Positions 49,786-59,047 of a stretch of 64,000 nt of DNA are shown here, piece by piece. This DNA is from Alphaproteobacteria bacterium. GTDB lineage: Bacteria > Pseudomonadota > Alphaproteobacteria > Rickettsiales > UBA3002. The DNA is taken from contig JBBCHK010000010.1 of NCBI GenBank assembly GCA_037200745.1, forward strand, positions 3,101 through 67,100, written 5' to 3'. The stretch's first letter is position 1, and every line of letters begins with the position of its first letter. A program made the translations under genes and the position numbers. Below the pieces are notes generated by a model, which had not been told where the DNA came from, made no database searches, and saw only the letters and a list, made by a program, of their open reading frames with translations.

Positions 49786-51060
49786 ATGACCTTAAAAGCT
49801 ACAGAAGTTTTTGTTCCGGGTGCTTACCCAGAACATACGTACGTTGAGAGAGCAGAACAAAAATTAGAAGAAACCCTCAAGAATGCTTTAGATACTCCCG
49901 GACAGATAATTTCTCTTTCCGGTCCATCTAAATCAGGGAAAACTGTCTTAGTAGAAAAAGTTGTCGGACAAGAGCAGCTTATTGCTATTTCTGGCGCATC
50001 GTTAAAACGTCCTGAGGACGTATGGCAACATGTCCTCGATTGGATGGATCTGCCTACCAGCGTGTCGTCCAGCACTACAATCGACGGGAATATAAAAGGA
50101 ACTGCTTCTGCCTCAGTGGGGGCAGGAATTCTTGGCTTTGTAAAAGGAACCGGAAGTCTTTCGGCAACTGCAGAAGCTGGCGGTTCAGTAAAAACCGAAC
50201 AGACTCAAGAACGGGGCGGTTTATTACAAGTCCAACGTGAAATAGCTAATAGCCCCTTCGTCGTCCTAATAGATGACTTCCATTACATGGACCGCACGCT
50301 TCAAGTTGAAGTGGCAAAAATACTAAAGGAAGGGGTGCGCCTTAATATAAAAATAGTAACAGCTTCTGTTTCTCACCGGAACGATGATGTCGTAAGAGCC
50401 AATCCAGAATTAAGGGGGCGTGTTAAGACCATTGATTTAAAATATTGGAGTAAACAAGAGTTAGAGGCCATCGCTAAAGCCGGGTTTGGTATTTTAAATA
50501 TAGGCATTGCTCAAGAGGTAATTAATCAATTTGTTATTGAATCCGCTGGCTCTCCTCAGTTAATGCAACTTTTATGCCTACAAGCCTGCTTTGCTTTAAG
50601 CGCTAACCAAAAAAGCTTGCCATTTAAAGATATTGAAATCAGCTCGGATAAATTGAAGCAGATTTTGGAACAAGCCAGTACGAATACCAATTATCGCTCG
50701 CTAATAGATGTCTTGGACAGCGGCCCTCGCTTAAGAGGAACTGAGCGCAAAACATATAACTGTTATGACAATACATCTGGCGACGTTTACAGGGTCGTTC
50801 TTAAAGCAGTTGCCATGAACCCCCCGCGACTTTCATTTCCATATGAAGAACTTTTGCGTAGAACTGCAAAAATATGTGTTGGTGAGTCGCCAGTGGGGTC
50901 AAGTGTAACTAGCACGTGCTTGCATATGTCCAAGCTAGCCCAAGAGAAGTTCCCTGCCGAAAGGGCTATTGACTGGGACGAGCAAAAGCAGGTGTTTGAT
51001 ATTCCGGATCCGTATCTTTTATTTTATTTAAGGTGGTCCGGCCGCCTATTAGAAGAGTAG
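49786..51060 (+). CDS. Orphan P-loop NTPase (AAA+/ORC-Cdc6/Arch_ATPase-like) with an unrecognised C-terminal domain; low-GC foreign gene
   Basis: Walker A LSGPSKSGKT and Walker B FVVLIDDFHY. A Gly/Ser/Ala-rich insert lies between them. 424 aa intact ORF at about 45% G+C (hand count) versus a GC-rich flank. ATG is 2 nt after the yebC stop. Confidence 0.8.
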   Translation: MTLKATEVFVPGAYPEHTYVERAEQKLEETLKNALDTPGQIISLSGPSKSGKTVLVEKVVGQEQLIAISGASLKRPEDVWQHVLDWMDLPTSVSSSTTIDGNIKGTASASVGAGILGFVKGTGSLSATAEAGGSVKTEQTQERGGLLQVQREIANSPFVVLIDDFHYMDRTLQVEVAKILKEGVRLNIKIVTASVSHRNDDVVRANPELRGRVKTIDLKYWSKQELEAIAKAGFGILNIGIAQEVINQFVIESAGSPQLMQLLCLQACFALSANQKSLPFKDIEISSDKLKQILEQASTNTNYRSLIDVLDSGPRLRGTERKTYNCYDNTSGDVYRVVLKAVAMNPPRLSFPYEELLRRTAKICVGESPVGSSVTSTCLHMSKLAQEKFPAERAIDWDEQKQVFDIPDPYLLFYLRWSGRLLEE

Positions 51061-51548
51061 TGCCTACCAGCCGCATCATCGGCGTCGATCCCGGACTTAT
51101 TTCGACCGGCTGGGGCGTGATCGAGGTGAAGCAAGGCACGCTTACGTTCGTCGCCTGCGGCACCATCGCGCCGAAGAAGGACCTGCCGATGGCGGAGCGG
51201 CTGCTCGCGCTGCAGCGCGGCCTCAGCGGCATCATCGATGCGCATTACCCCACGCAGGCCGCCATCGAGGAGACCTTCGTCAGCGAGAACGGGCAATCGA
51301 CCCTCAAGCTGGGACAGGCGCGCGGCGCGCTGCTGGTGACGCTGGCGGCGGCGGGGCTTCCCATCGCCGAATACGCCGCGCGGCTGGTGAAGAAATCCAT
51401 CACCGGCTCGGGCCGCGCCGAGAAGGAGCAGCTCGCGCAGATGGTCGGCGTGCTGCTACCCGCCTCGCGCGGCCCGCTCGCCGAATGCCGCCACGATGCG
51501 GCCGATGCGCTGGCCATCGCCATCACCCACGCCAATCATGTTCTTTGA
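51033..51548 (+). CDS. ruvC: Crossover junction endodeoxyribonuclease RuvC
   Basis: RIIGVDPGLISTGWGVIE, AAIEETFV, SITGSGRAEKEQ, DAADALAIAITHA. Alternative GTG start at 51060 overlaps the upstream TAG. Confidence 0.9.
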   Translation: MVRPPIRRVVPTSRIIGVDPGLISTGWGVIEVKQGTLTFVACGTIAPKKDLPMAERLLALQRGLSGIIDAHYPTQAAIEETFVSENGQSTLKLGQARGALLVTLAAAGLPIAEYAARLVKKSITGSGRAEKEQLAQMVGVLLPASRGPLAECRHDAADALAIAITHANHVL

Positions 51549-51626
51549 TGCGCCCGGAAAATTCTCCTGAATTTTCCATGGCACGCCGCTTCGCGGGCTG
51601 ATGGCTCGCTCACGCTCCTGCGCTCG

Positions 51627-52025
51627 CTACTTTGGCCACACATAGGGCAGGTCGGCCGGGACGTTGGGGAAATATTTGCGGTAATAGTCGGCGTCCTTGC
51701 GCACGAGGTTGCTCTGGTGCGAGCGGTGGAACGGCTTGTCGCCCAGCCAGTGCGGCAGGACGATGGTCGACTTTTTCGGCTTCAGCAGAGGCATCGTATT
51801 CCTGTAGCCGCGCCGCTTCCATTCCCTGATCGCCTCGTCGTGGTAGAGCGCGAGCGCCGGGGCGTAGTCGCGCCACATGCGCGTCGCCGGGTGGTTGACC
51901 CAGCCGCCCTCGCCGGCGATGGCGCGCAGGAGCTGCTTCGCCTCCAGCCGCTGCTTGCCGAGGCGGCGGTAGTCGAGCACGCGCATCGACTCTTCGAAGT
52001 CGGGATAGGGCAGGAAGGTCTGCAT
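51627..52025 (-). CDS. Pyr_excise (T4 endonuclease V-like pyrimidine-dimer glycosylase) superfamily / MSMEG_6728-like protein
   Basis: MQTFLPYPDFEESMRVLDYRRLGKQRLEAKQLL..WVNHPATRMW..REWKRRGYRN pattern. The ORF extends to 52100, but the family-typical start is ATG 52025. Confidence 0.55.
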   Translation of the reverse strand: MQTFLPYPDFEESMRVLDYRRLGKQRLEAKQLLRAIAGEGGWVNHPATRMWRDYAPALALYHDEAIREWKRRGYRNTMPLLKPKKSTIVLPHWLGDKPFHRSHQSNLVRKDADYYRKYFPNVPADLPYVWPK

Positions 52026-52112
52026 GGGGCCGGAATAGCCGCGTCCGGCTAAAGAAGCGATGTTCTCCGCAAGGACGTTGTGCGGATTCCGACTTTCCAT
52101 TATTGAAGGAGC

Positions 52113-52733
52113 ATGATCGGGAAACTGACGGGCCGGGTGGATTCAGTCGCGGAGGATCACGCGATCATCGACGTGAACGGCGTCGGCTACCTCGTCTATG
52201 CGAGCGCGAAGACCATGGGCGCGCTGCCCGCAAGCGGCGGCATCGTCTCCCTGCGCATCGAGACGCATGTGCGCGAGGACCATTTCCACCTCTACGGCTT
52301 CGCCACCGAAGCGGAACGCGAATGGTTCAGGATATTGACCACCGTGCAGGGTGTCGGCGTCAAGCTGGCGCTCGCCATCCTCAGCGTGTTCGCGCCGGAG
52401 GAGTTGCTCGCTGCCATCGGCGCGCAGGACAGGAAGGCGCTGGGCGTCGTCTCCGGCGTCGGGCCGAAGCTGGCCGAGCGCATCGTCACCGAGCTCAAGT
52501 CGCAGGCGGGGAAAATGGGCGCCGCGGGCTACGCCTTCCCCGCCGCCCACGCCGGCGCCAGGAAAACGAAAGCCCCCGGCGGCACGCCGGTGGAGGACGC
52601 CATCTCGGCGCTGGTGCATCTCGGCTACGGGCGCACGGAGGCGTTCACCGCCGTCATGCGCGTCCAGCAGAACGCGCCGGGCGCGAAGCTCGACGTGCTG
52701 ATCAAAGAAGGCCTTAAGGAGCTCGCCGCATGA
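52113..52733 (+). CDS. ruvA: Holliday junction branch migration complex subunit RuvA
   Basis: [54 protein letters not shown]. Confidence 0.93.
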   Translation: MIGKLTGRVDSVAEDHAIIDVNGVGYLVYASAKTMGALPASGGIVSLRIETHVREDHFHLYGFATEAEREWFRILTTVQGVGVKLALAILSVFAPEELLAAIGAQDRKALGVVSGVGPKLAERIVTELKSQAGKMGAAGYAFPAAHAGARKTKAPGGTPVEDAISALVHLGYGRTEAFTAVMRVQQNAPGAKLDVLIKEGLKELAA

Positions 52734-53767
52734 AGCCCGCCGCCTCAGCGCTGACGCCCGAGCGGCAGGAGAACGAGGCCGAGGCCGGCATCCGCCCGCA
52801 GACGCTCGGCGATTTCACCGGGCAGAGACACGTCACCGACAACCTCGCCGTCTTCATCTCCGCCGCGAAGAAGCGCGAGGAGCCGCTCGACCATTGCCTG
52901 CTCTACGGCCCGCCCGGGCTGGGCAAGACGACGCTGGCGCAGATCATCGCCCGCGAGATGGGCGTCGGCTTCCGCCCGACCTCCGGCCCGCTGCTGACAC
53001 GGGCGGGCGACCTCGCCGCCATCCTCACCAACCTGCAGCCGAACGACGTGCTGTTCATCGACGAGATCCACCGCCTCGCCGCCGCCGTCGAGGAGGTGCT
53101 CTACCCGGCGATGGAGGACTACAAGCTCGACATTATTATTGGCGAGGGCCCGAGCGCGCGCACGGTGCGCATCGACCTGCCGAAATTCACGCTGGTCGGC
53201 GCGACGACGCGGCTCGGCCTGCTCACCGGCCCGCTGCGCGACCGGTTCGGCATCCCGCTCAAGCTGAATTTCTACGACGAGGCGGAGCTGGCCAAGGTCG
53301 TCGGCCGCGCCGCCGCGCTGCTCGACGTCAAGCTCGCCGCCGAGGGCGCGCGCGAGATCGCCTGCCGGGCCCGTGGCACGCCGCGCATCGCCGTGCGGCT
53401 GCTCAGGCGTATCCGCGACTTCGCCCATGCCGACGGGCAGGACACCGTGACCGCCAAGATCGCCGACGCGGCGCTCAGGCGCCTCGATGTCGACGTGCTG
53501 GGGCTCGATGCATCCGATCACCGTTATTTGCGCTTCATCGCCGACCATTACGGCGGCGGCCCGGTCGGCGTCGAGACCATCGCCGCCGCGCTCTCCGAGC
53601 AGCGCGACGCCATCGAGGAGACCATCGAGCCGTTCCTGCTGCAGCTCGGCTTCGTCGCCCGCACGCCGCGCGGCCGCGTGCTCTCGGCGACGGCCTACAA
53701 GCATCTCGGGCTCAGCGCCCCGAAGCGCCAGCCGGAGCAGCTCGGATTACTGGAGGACGACGCATGA
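52730..53767 (+). CDS. ruvB: Holliday junction DNA helicase RuvB
   Basis: Walker [40 protein letters not shown]. 345 aa. Confidence 0.95.
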   Translation: MKPAASALTPERQENEAEAGIRPQTLGDFTGQRHVTDNLAVFISAAKKREEPLDHCLLYGPPGLGKTTLAQIIAREMGVGFRPTSGPLLTRAGDLAAILTNLQPNDVLFIDEIHRLAAAVEEVLYPAMEDYKLDIIIGEGPSARTVRIDLPKFTLVGATTRLGLLTGPLRDRFGIPLKLNFYDEAELAKVVGRAAALLDVKLAAEGAREIACRARGTPRIAVRLLRRIRDFAHADGQDTVTAKIADAALRRLDVDVLGLDASDHRYLRFIADHYGGGPVGVETIAAALSEQRDAIEETIEPFLLQLGFVARTPRGRVLSATAYKHLGLSAPKRQPEQLGLLEDDA

Positions 53768-54306
53768 AAAAATGGTTCATCACGATCGCGCTGCTCGGCA
53801 TGCCGCTCGTCGCGGCGGCGCAATCCGCGCCCGGCCCGACGGCGCGGGAGACGCTGCGCGCCTTCTACGAATCCTACCTCAACGCGCATCCCGGCCGGCA
53901 CCCGGTGAAGCTGCACCCGGCCTTCTCGAAGGATTTGCAACGGCGGATGAAGGATAACGAGCGCATGTGCGCCGCGCTCGACAAGGACGAGGTCTGCGCC
54001 TGGAATGCGGATTCCGATCCCTACCTCGCCGCGCAGGACATGGACGGGAAGCTCGATTACAAGAGCGCGCAGGTGGCGATCCGCGAGCCTCGCCCGGGCA
54101 CGCTCAGCGTCGACCTCGACCTGTTCCCGGCGGAGAAGGCCACCGGGCACGTCCACCTCGTTTATTCCATGATCCGTGAGGATGACCGCTGGGTGGTCGA
54201 CGATATTACGTACGACAAGGACCATTCCATCCGCAAGGACATCGCCGCGCAGAAGAGGAATTTCCCGTCCTGGCCCGCACTCCCGGCCGCTGCGCCCGCG
54301 CAATGA
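53764..54306 (+). CDS. Secreted hypothetical protein (DUF3828-like?)
   Basis: ATGA overlap with ruvB. Signal peptide [19 protein letters not shown]. The family assignment is tentative. Confidence 0.5.
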   Translation: MKKWFITIALLGMPLVAAAQSAPGPTARETLRAFYESYLNAHPGRHPVKLHPAFSKDLQRRMKDNERMCAALDKDEVCAWNADSDPYLAAQDMDGKLDYKSAQVAIREPRPGTLSVDLDLFPAEKATGHVHLVYSMIREDDRWVVDDITYDKDHSIRKDIAAQKRNFPSWPALPAAAPAQ

Positions 54307-54731
54307 TCCCGTACGAGAAGGAAGGCGCCTTCTATTTCCCCGTCCGCGTCTATTACGAGGATACGGACGCCGGCGGCGTCGTCTACCATGGCAACTACCT
54401 GAATTTCTGCGAGCGGGCGCGCACCGAGTGGCTGCGCTACCACGGCATCGGGCAGGAGCAGTTAAAGAAAGACATCGGCGTGATTTTCGTCGCCCGGCGG
54501 GCTTCGCTCGATTACCGGCGGCCGGTGCGGCTCGACGACCTGATCGTCGTCGAATCCCGCGTCCTGAGCATGGGAGCAGTGCGCCTGACGTTGCGCCAGA
54601 CCATCCTCAAGGAGAACAAAGCGGTGGCGACGGTCGAAATCGAGCTGGTCTGTATTGACAGCGCATTCGCCCCGACGCAGATTCCGGGCATCATCCGCGA
54701 GCGGCTGCCCGCCGCGCCGCCGCACGCCTAA
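54303..54731 (+). CDS. ybgC: Tol-Pal-associated acyl-CoA thioesterase YbgC
   Basis: VRVYYEDTDAGGVVYHGNYLNFCERARTEWLR hotdog-fold motif. Positioned before tolQ. Confidence 0.9.
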   Translation: MIPYEKEGAFYFPVRVYYEDTDAGGVVYHGNYLNFCERARTEWLRYHGIGQEQLKKDIGVIFVARRASLDYRRPVRLDDLIVVESRVLSMGAVRLTLRQTILKENKAVATVEIELVCIDSAFAPTQIPGIIRERLPAAPPHA

Positions 54732-54750
54732 AAACAACAGGAGTCCTCGC

Positions 54751-55533
54751 ATGAATCCCTCCGCCGCCCCCGTCGCCGACGTCGCGGGCACCGATCTTTC
54801 CGGCAGCGTCGCGGGCGTGGTGCCCGGGCACTCGATGTCGCTCGTCGGCATGGTGGTGCACGCGCAGCCGCTGGTGCTCGTCATCATGCTCATCCTGATC
54901 GGCATGTCGATCTGGTGCTGGGGCATCATCATCGACAAGTACCTCGCGCTGTCCTCCGTCAACGACCGCACCAATGCCTTCGAGAAGGAGTTCTGGTCGG
55001 CCGAGGCGCTCGACAAATTCTACGACAAGGTGAAGAAGCGCAAGTCGCGCCACCCGCTGGCGCTGATGTTCAGCGCGGCGATGGAGGAATGGTTCCGCAG
55101 CAAGGGGCAGGAGCGCGTCGTGCCCGGCGGCAACCGCTCGACCGGCGAGCTCAATATCTCGATCAAGGAGCGCATCGTGCAGATGATGGCGGTCACCAAG
55201 AACCGCGAGCTCGAGCGGCTGGAGCGGGGACTGAGCTTCCTCGCCACCGCCGGCTCCTCGGCGCCGTTCATCGGGCTGCTCGGCACCTGCCTCGGCATCA
55301 TCAACTCCTTCCGCGCCATCGCCGGCTCGCAGAACACCTCGCTCGCGGTGGTCGCACCGGGCATCGCCGAAGCGCTGTTCGCCACGGCGATCGGCCTGTT
55401 CGTTGCGATTCCCGCCGTCATCGCCTTCAACAAGTTCAACGGCGAGATCAACCGCCTCGCCGGCAAGCTCGACGATTTCTCCACCGAGTTCTCGACGCTG
55501 CTGTCGCGCCAGCTCGACAAGGGCGGCTACTGA
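54751..55533 (+). CDS. tolQ: Tol-Pal system protein TolQ
   Basis: MotA/TolQ/ExbB motifs ([45 protein letters not shown]). RBS CAGGAG. Confidence 0.92.
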   Translation: MNPSAAPVADVAGTDLSGSVAGVVPGHSMSLVGMVVHAQPLVLVIMLILIGMSIWCWGIIIDKYLALSSVNDRTNAFEKEFWSAEALDKFYDKVKKRKSRHPLALMFSAAMEEWFRSKGQERVVPGGNRSTGELNISIKERIVQMMAVTKNRELERLERGLSFLATAGSSAPFIGLLGTCLGIINSFRAIAGSQNTSLAVVAPGIAEALFATAIGLFVAIPAVIAFNKFNGEINRLAGKLDDFSTEFSTLLSRQLDKGGY

Positions 55534-55979
55534 TGGCGATCAACGGACCGTCGGGCAATTCGCGCAGCCGCAGGCGCAACGCCGGCGGATTCAGCGAGAT
55601 CAACGTCACGCCTTTCGTCGACGTCTCGCTGGTGCTGCTCATCATTTTCATGATCACCGCGCCGATGCTGACTTCGGGCGTCTCCGTCGATTTGCCGAAG
55701 ACCAAGGCCTCGGCCCTGCCCGGCAACGACGAGCCGATCGCCATCACCATCCGCGCCGACGGGAAAGTGTACCTCAAGGACTCGGAGATCCCGCTCGACA
55801 AGCTGGGGCCGAAGCTGCAGGCGGTGCTCGGCGAGAAGAAGAACACGCGCATCTTCGTGCGCGGCGACAAGAGCGTCGATTACGGGCGCGTGATGCAGGT
55901 GATCGGCGAGGTCAACCAGGCGGGCTTCACGCGCGTCGCCCTGCTCACCGTGCCGCCGCCGCAGAAAGCGGAGCAATAG
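55533..55979 (+). CDS. tolR: Tol-Pal system protein TolR (ExbD family)
   Basis: [34 protein letters not shown] overlap with tolQ. Confidence 0.92.
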   Translation: MAINGPSGNSRSRRRNAGGFSEINVTPFVDVSLVLLIIFMITAPMLTSGVSVDLPKTKASALPGNDEPIAITIRADGKVYLKDSEIPLDKLGPKLQAVLGEKKNTRIFVRGDKSVDYGRVMQVIGEVNQAGFTRVALLTVPPPQKAEQ

Positions 55980-55988
55980 GGCGCCCCC

Positions 55989-56834
55989 ATGAACGAGATC
56001 GGCGACATGGAGCAGCGCAGCCTCTTCTATTCCGTGCTGCTGCATGTCGGCGTGCTGATCATCGCGCTGGTCGGCATCCCCAAACTGTTCCCGCACCCGG
56101 AAGAGCCGGCGCCGATGGTGCTGACGGTCGATATCCTTCCCATCACCCCGGTCACCAACGTCAATGCCGAGAACAAGCAGATCACCCGGGCCCAGCAGGC
56201 GGCGGTGCCGCCGACGCCCAAGCCGCAGCCAGCGCCCGTCGCCGCCCCGCCGAAGCCGGTCGAGCAGCCGAAGCCGGATGAGCCGCAGCCCTTCAACCCG
56301 AACGACAACGCCAAGCCGCAGGAAGCGACGCCGCCCAAGCCGGAACAGCCCAAGCCGCAGCCGACCGATACCAAGCAGTTCGACGACGTGCTGAAGAACC
56401 TCGAGAAGGAATCGCAGGCGCAGAAGCAGAAGAACGCCAGGGACCAGGCGACGACGCCGGAGAACACCACGCGCTCGGTGACGCCCTACGACCCGTCGAT
56501 GCAGCTCGGCCTGTCGGACAAGGACGCCATCCGCAACCAGTTCCGCCGCTGCTGGCGCATGCCGGCGGGCGCCAAGGACCCGCATTCGCTGGCGGTGCAC
56601 GTCCACGTGCTGCTCAAGGAGGACGGCAGCCTGATCAGCGCTGAGCTGATGCCCGACCAGGTCGGCCGCTACAACAGCGATAGCTATTTCCGCGCCGCCG
56701 CCGATTCGGCCCTGCGCGCCGTGCACGAATGCACCGAGCCGCCGATGGGCCCGCTGAAGAACCTCCCCGCCGACAAGTACAACGCGTGGAAGGACATGGA
56801 TTTCAACTTTGACCCGGCGGAGCTTTTGGATTAA
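55989..56834 (+). CDS. tolA: TolA-like protein (N-terminal TM anchor, Pro/Lys/Gln-rich linker, TonB_C-like C-terminal domain)
   Basis: TM anchor LFYSVLLHVGVLIIALVGI, PKPQPAPVAAPPKPVEQPKPDEPQP repeats, and a C-terminal domain beginning IRNQFRRCWRMP. Confidence 0.8.
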   Translation: MNEIGDMEQRSLFYSVLLHVGVLIIALVGIPKLFPHPEEPAPMVLTVDILPITPVTNVNAENKQITRAQQAAVPPTPKPQPAPVAAPPKPVEQPKPDEPQPFNPNDNAKPQEATPPKPEQPKPQPTDTKQFDDVLKNLEKESQAQKQKNARDQATTPENTTRSVTPYDPSMQLGLSDKDAIRNQFRRCWRMPAGAKDPHSLAVHVHVLLKEDGSLISAELMPDQVGRYNSDSYFRAAADSALRAVHECTEPPMGPLKNLPADKYNAWKDMDFNFDPAELLD

Positions 56835-56881
56835 CTCCTCATGGAATTTTTAGTCATCGCGCGTCACTGACAGGGAGTCTT

Positions 56882-58198
56882 ATGCGCCAGCGTCTTCTCG
56901 GTCCCGCCCTTGCCTTCGTTGCGCTGATGAGCTTCAGCGCGCCCGCCTGCGCGCAATTGCATATCGACATCACGCGCGGCAACATCGAGCCGATGCCGAT
57001 CGCGGTGACCGACTTCACCGGCGATCAGGCGCTCGGGCGCGACATTTCCTCCGTCGTCGCCGCCGACCTCGAACGCACGGGCCTGTTCCGCCCGATCAGC
57101 GCGCAGGCGTTCCTGCAGCCGGTCACCAACGGCGACGCGGTGCCCAACTTCCCCGACTGGCGGCAGGTCAACGCGCAGGCGCTCATCACCGGCACCATCA
57201 CCGCCACCTCGGGCGACAAGGTGCGCGCCAGCTTCCGCCTGTGGGACGTGCTCGGCGGCCAGCAGTTGATCGGCAAGGAGTACAATACCTACGGCCGCAA
57301 CTGGCGGCGCGTCGGCCACCTGATCGCCGACGAAATCTACAAGCGCCTCACCGGCGAATCGGGCTATTTCGACACGCGCATCATCTATGTGGCGGAATCC
57401 GGCCCGGCGACCAACCGCGTCAAGCGCCTCGCCATCATGGACCAGGACGGCGAGAACCATAAATACCTGACCGACGGGCGCTCGCTGGTGCTGACGCCGC
57501 GCTTCTCCCCCAACTCGCAGCAGATCTTATACCTCTCCTTCGCCGCGCACGAGCCGCGCGTCTTCCTGCGCGACCTGCAGTCGGGCCGCGAGGAGATGGT
57601 CGGCCGCTTCAACGGCATGAGCTTCGCGCCGCGCTTCAACCACGACGGCACGCGCATGCTGATGTCGATCGCCGAGCACGGCACCACCAGCATCTACGAA
57701 ATGGATTTGCGCACGCGCGAGATGCACCGCCTCACCAGCAATCCCGGCGCGATCGACACCTCGCCTTCCTTCTCGCCGGACGGGCGGCTGGTCGTCTTCA
57801 ACTCCGACCGCGGCGGCTCGCAGCAGCTCTACGTGATGGACGCCGACGGCAGCAATCCCCACCGCATCAGCTTCGGCTCGGGCAAGTACGGCGACCCCGT
57901 GTGGAGCCCGCGCGGCGACCTCATCGCCTTCACCAAGATCGAGGGCGGCAGCTTCTATATCGGCATCATGCACCCCGACGGCTCGGGCGAGCGCACGCTG
58001 ACGCAAAGCTGGCTCGACGAAAGCCCGAGCTGGGCGCCCAACGGCCGCGTCCTCGTCTTCACCCGCCAGACCCCGACCGCCGCCGGCAGCACCTCGCGCC
58101 TCTACACGGTCGACGTCACCGGCTATAACCTGCGCGAGCTCATCACCCCCGGCGACGCCTCCGACCCCGCCTGGTCGCCCTTGTTACAAATGCAATAA
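56882..58198 (+). CDS. tolB: Tol-Pal system beta-propeller protein TolB
   Basis: Signal peptide, the TolB N-terminal domain, and repeated ..PSFSPDGR.. / ..PVWSPRGD.. / ..PSWAPNGR.. propeller blades. 438 aa. Confidence 0.95.
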   Translation: MRQRLLGPALAFVALMSFSAPACAQLHIDITRGNIEPMPIAVTDFTGDQALGRDISSVVAADLERTGLFRPISAQAFLQPVTNGDAVPNFPDWRQVNAQALITGTITATSGDKVRASFRLWDVLGGQQLIGKEYNTYGRNWRRVGHLIADEIYKRLTGESGYFDTRIIYVAESGPATNRVKRLAIMDQDGENHKYLTDGRSLVLTPRFSPNSQQILYLSFAAHEPRVFLRDLQSGREEMVGRFNGMSFAPRFNHDGTRMLMSIAEHGTTSIYEMDLRTREMHRLTSNPGAIDTSPSFSPDGRLVVFNSDRGGSQQLYVMDADGSNPHRISFGSGKYGDPVWSPRGDLIAFTKIEGGSFYIGIMHPDGSGERTLTQSWLDESPSWAPNGRVLVFTRQTPTAAGSTSRLYTVDVTGYNLRELITPGDASDPAWSPLLQMQ

Positions 58199-58220
58199 CC
58201 TTCGTCAGGGCATCGCCCGA

Positions 58221-58260
58221 CGAAGCAATCCAGATTGCTGCTTAAAGAACTGGATTGCTT
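58221..58260. repeat. 12-bp perfect inverted repeat in the tolB-pal spacer (GAAGCAATCCAG-16 nt-CTGGATTGCTTC)
   Basis: 58221-58232 pairs with 58249-58260 and is followed by GCTGCCGCTCGCAATGACG, resembling the widespread alphaproteobacterial REP motif class. Confidence 0.6.
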
Positions 58261-58492
58261 CGCTGCCGCTCGCAATGACGCTGCGGTGCAACGGCAAGCA
58301 ATTTCGCCGCGCTTTACCTTCATTACATGGCTTTAACCAACCGTCTGTGTCACTCCTGCCACAGTGACAAGCTTTTCGCGAATGAGTCTCGCGCCCCATT
58401 CCATCCACCTTGTTTTTTAACAAGCGGTATGCGATGTAGGCTTGCAACTGCCGGACTGGCAGAATAAACAGTTGAAATATCGGAGATTTAAG

Positions 58493-58981
58493 ATGAACAA
58501 GACAGCTTTGGCATTGGCTTCGGCACTGCTGCTCCTCGCAGCCTGCACCTCCTCGTCGAAAAACGAAGGCACGGCGGGCGGCGCCGGCTCGTCCGGCTTC
58601 GGCGCCGGCGGCCCGTCCACGCCCGGCACGCAGAGCGACCTCGTCGCCAATATCGGCGACCGCGTCTTCTTCGCGACCGACAGCTCGACCGTCTCCGGCG
58701 ACGGCCAGGCCACCCTCGGCCGCCAGGGCGACTGGCTGAAACAATACGGCAACGTCAACGTGACCGTCGAAGGCCATTGCGACGAACGCGGCACCCGCGA
58801 GTACAACCTCGCGCTGGGTGAGCGCCGCGCCAACGCCGCCAAGGATTACCTGGTAAGCCTCGGCATCCCGGCGAGCCGCATCAACACGGTCTCCTACGGC
58901 AAAGAACGTCCGGCCGTCCCCGGCCACGACGAGTCGGCCTGGAGCCAGAACCGCCGCGCCGTTACGGTCATCGCCCAGTAA
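58493..58981 (+). CDS. pal: Peptidoglycan-associated lipoprotein Pal
   Basis: Lipobox LLLAAC plus an OmpA-like domain (VFFATDSSTVS..VTVEGHCDERGTREYNLALGERRANA..VSYGKERP). RBS GGAG. Confidence 0.93.
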   Translation: MNKTALALASALLLLAACTSSSKNEGTAGGAGSSGFGAGGPSTPGTQSDLVANIGDRVFFATDSSTVSGDGQATLGRQGDWLKQYGNVNVTVEGHCDERGTREYNLALGERRANAAKDYLVSLGIPASRINTVSYGKERPAVPGHDESAWSQNRRAVTVIAQ

Positions 58982-59003
58982 CGCGTCGCGTTCCACTCAA
59001 GAC

Positions 59004-59038
59004 AAAAGCCCGCCGGGAGACCGGCGGGCTTTTTATTT
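59004..59038. terminator. Bidirectional Rho-independent terminator after pal
   Basis: AAAAGCCCGCCGG-gaga-CCGGCGGGCTTTTTATTT. Perfect 9-bp GC stem with A and T tracts on both sides. Confidence 0.8.
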
Positions 59039-59047
59039 CGGATGTCG

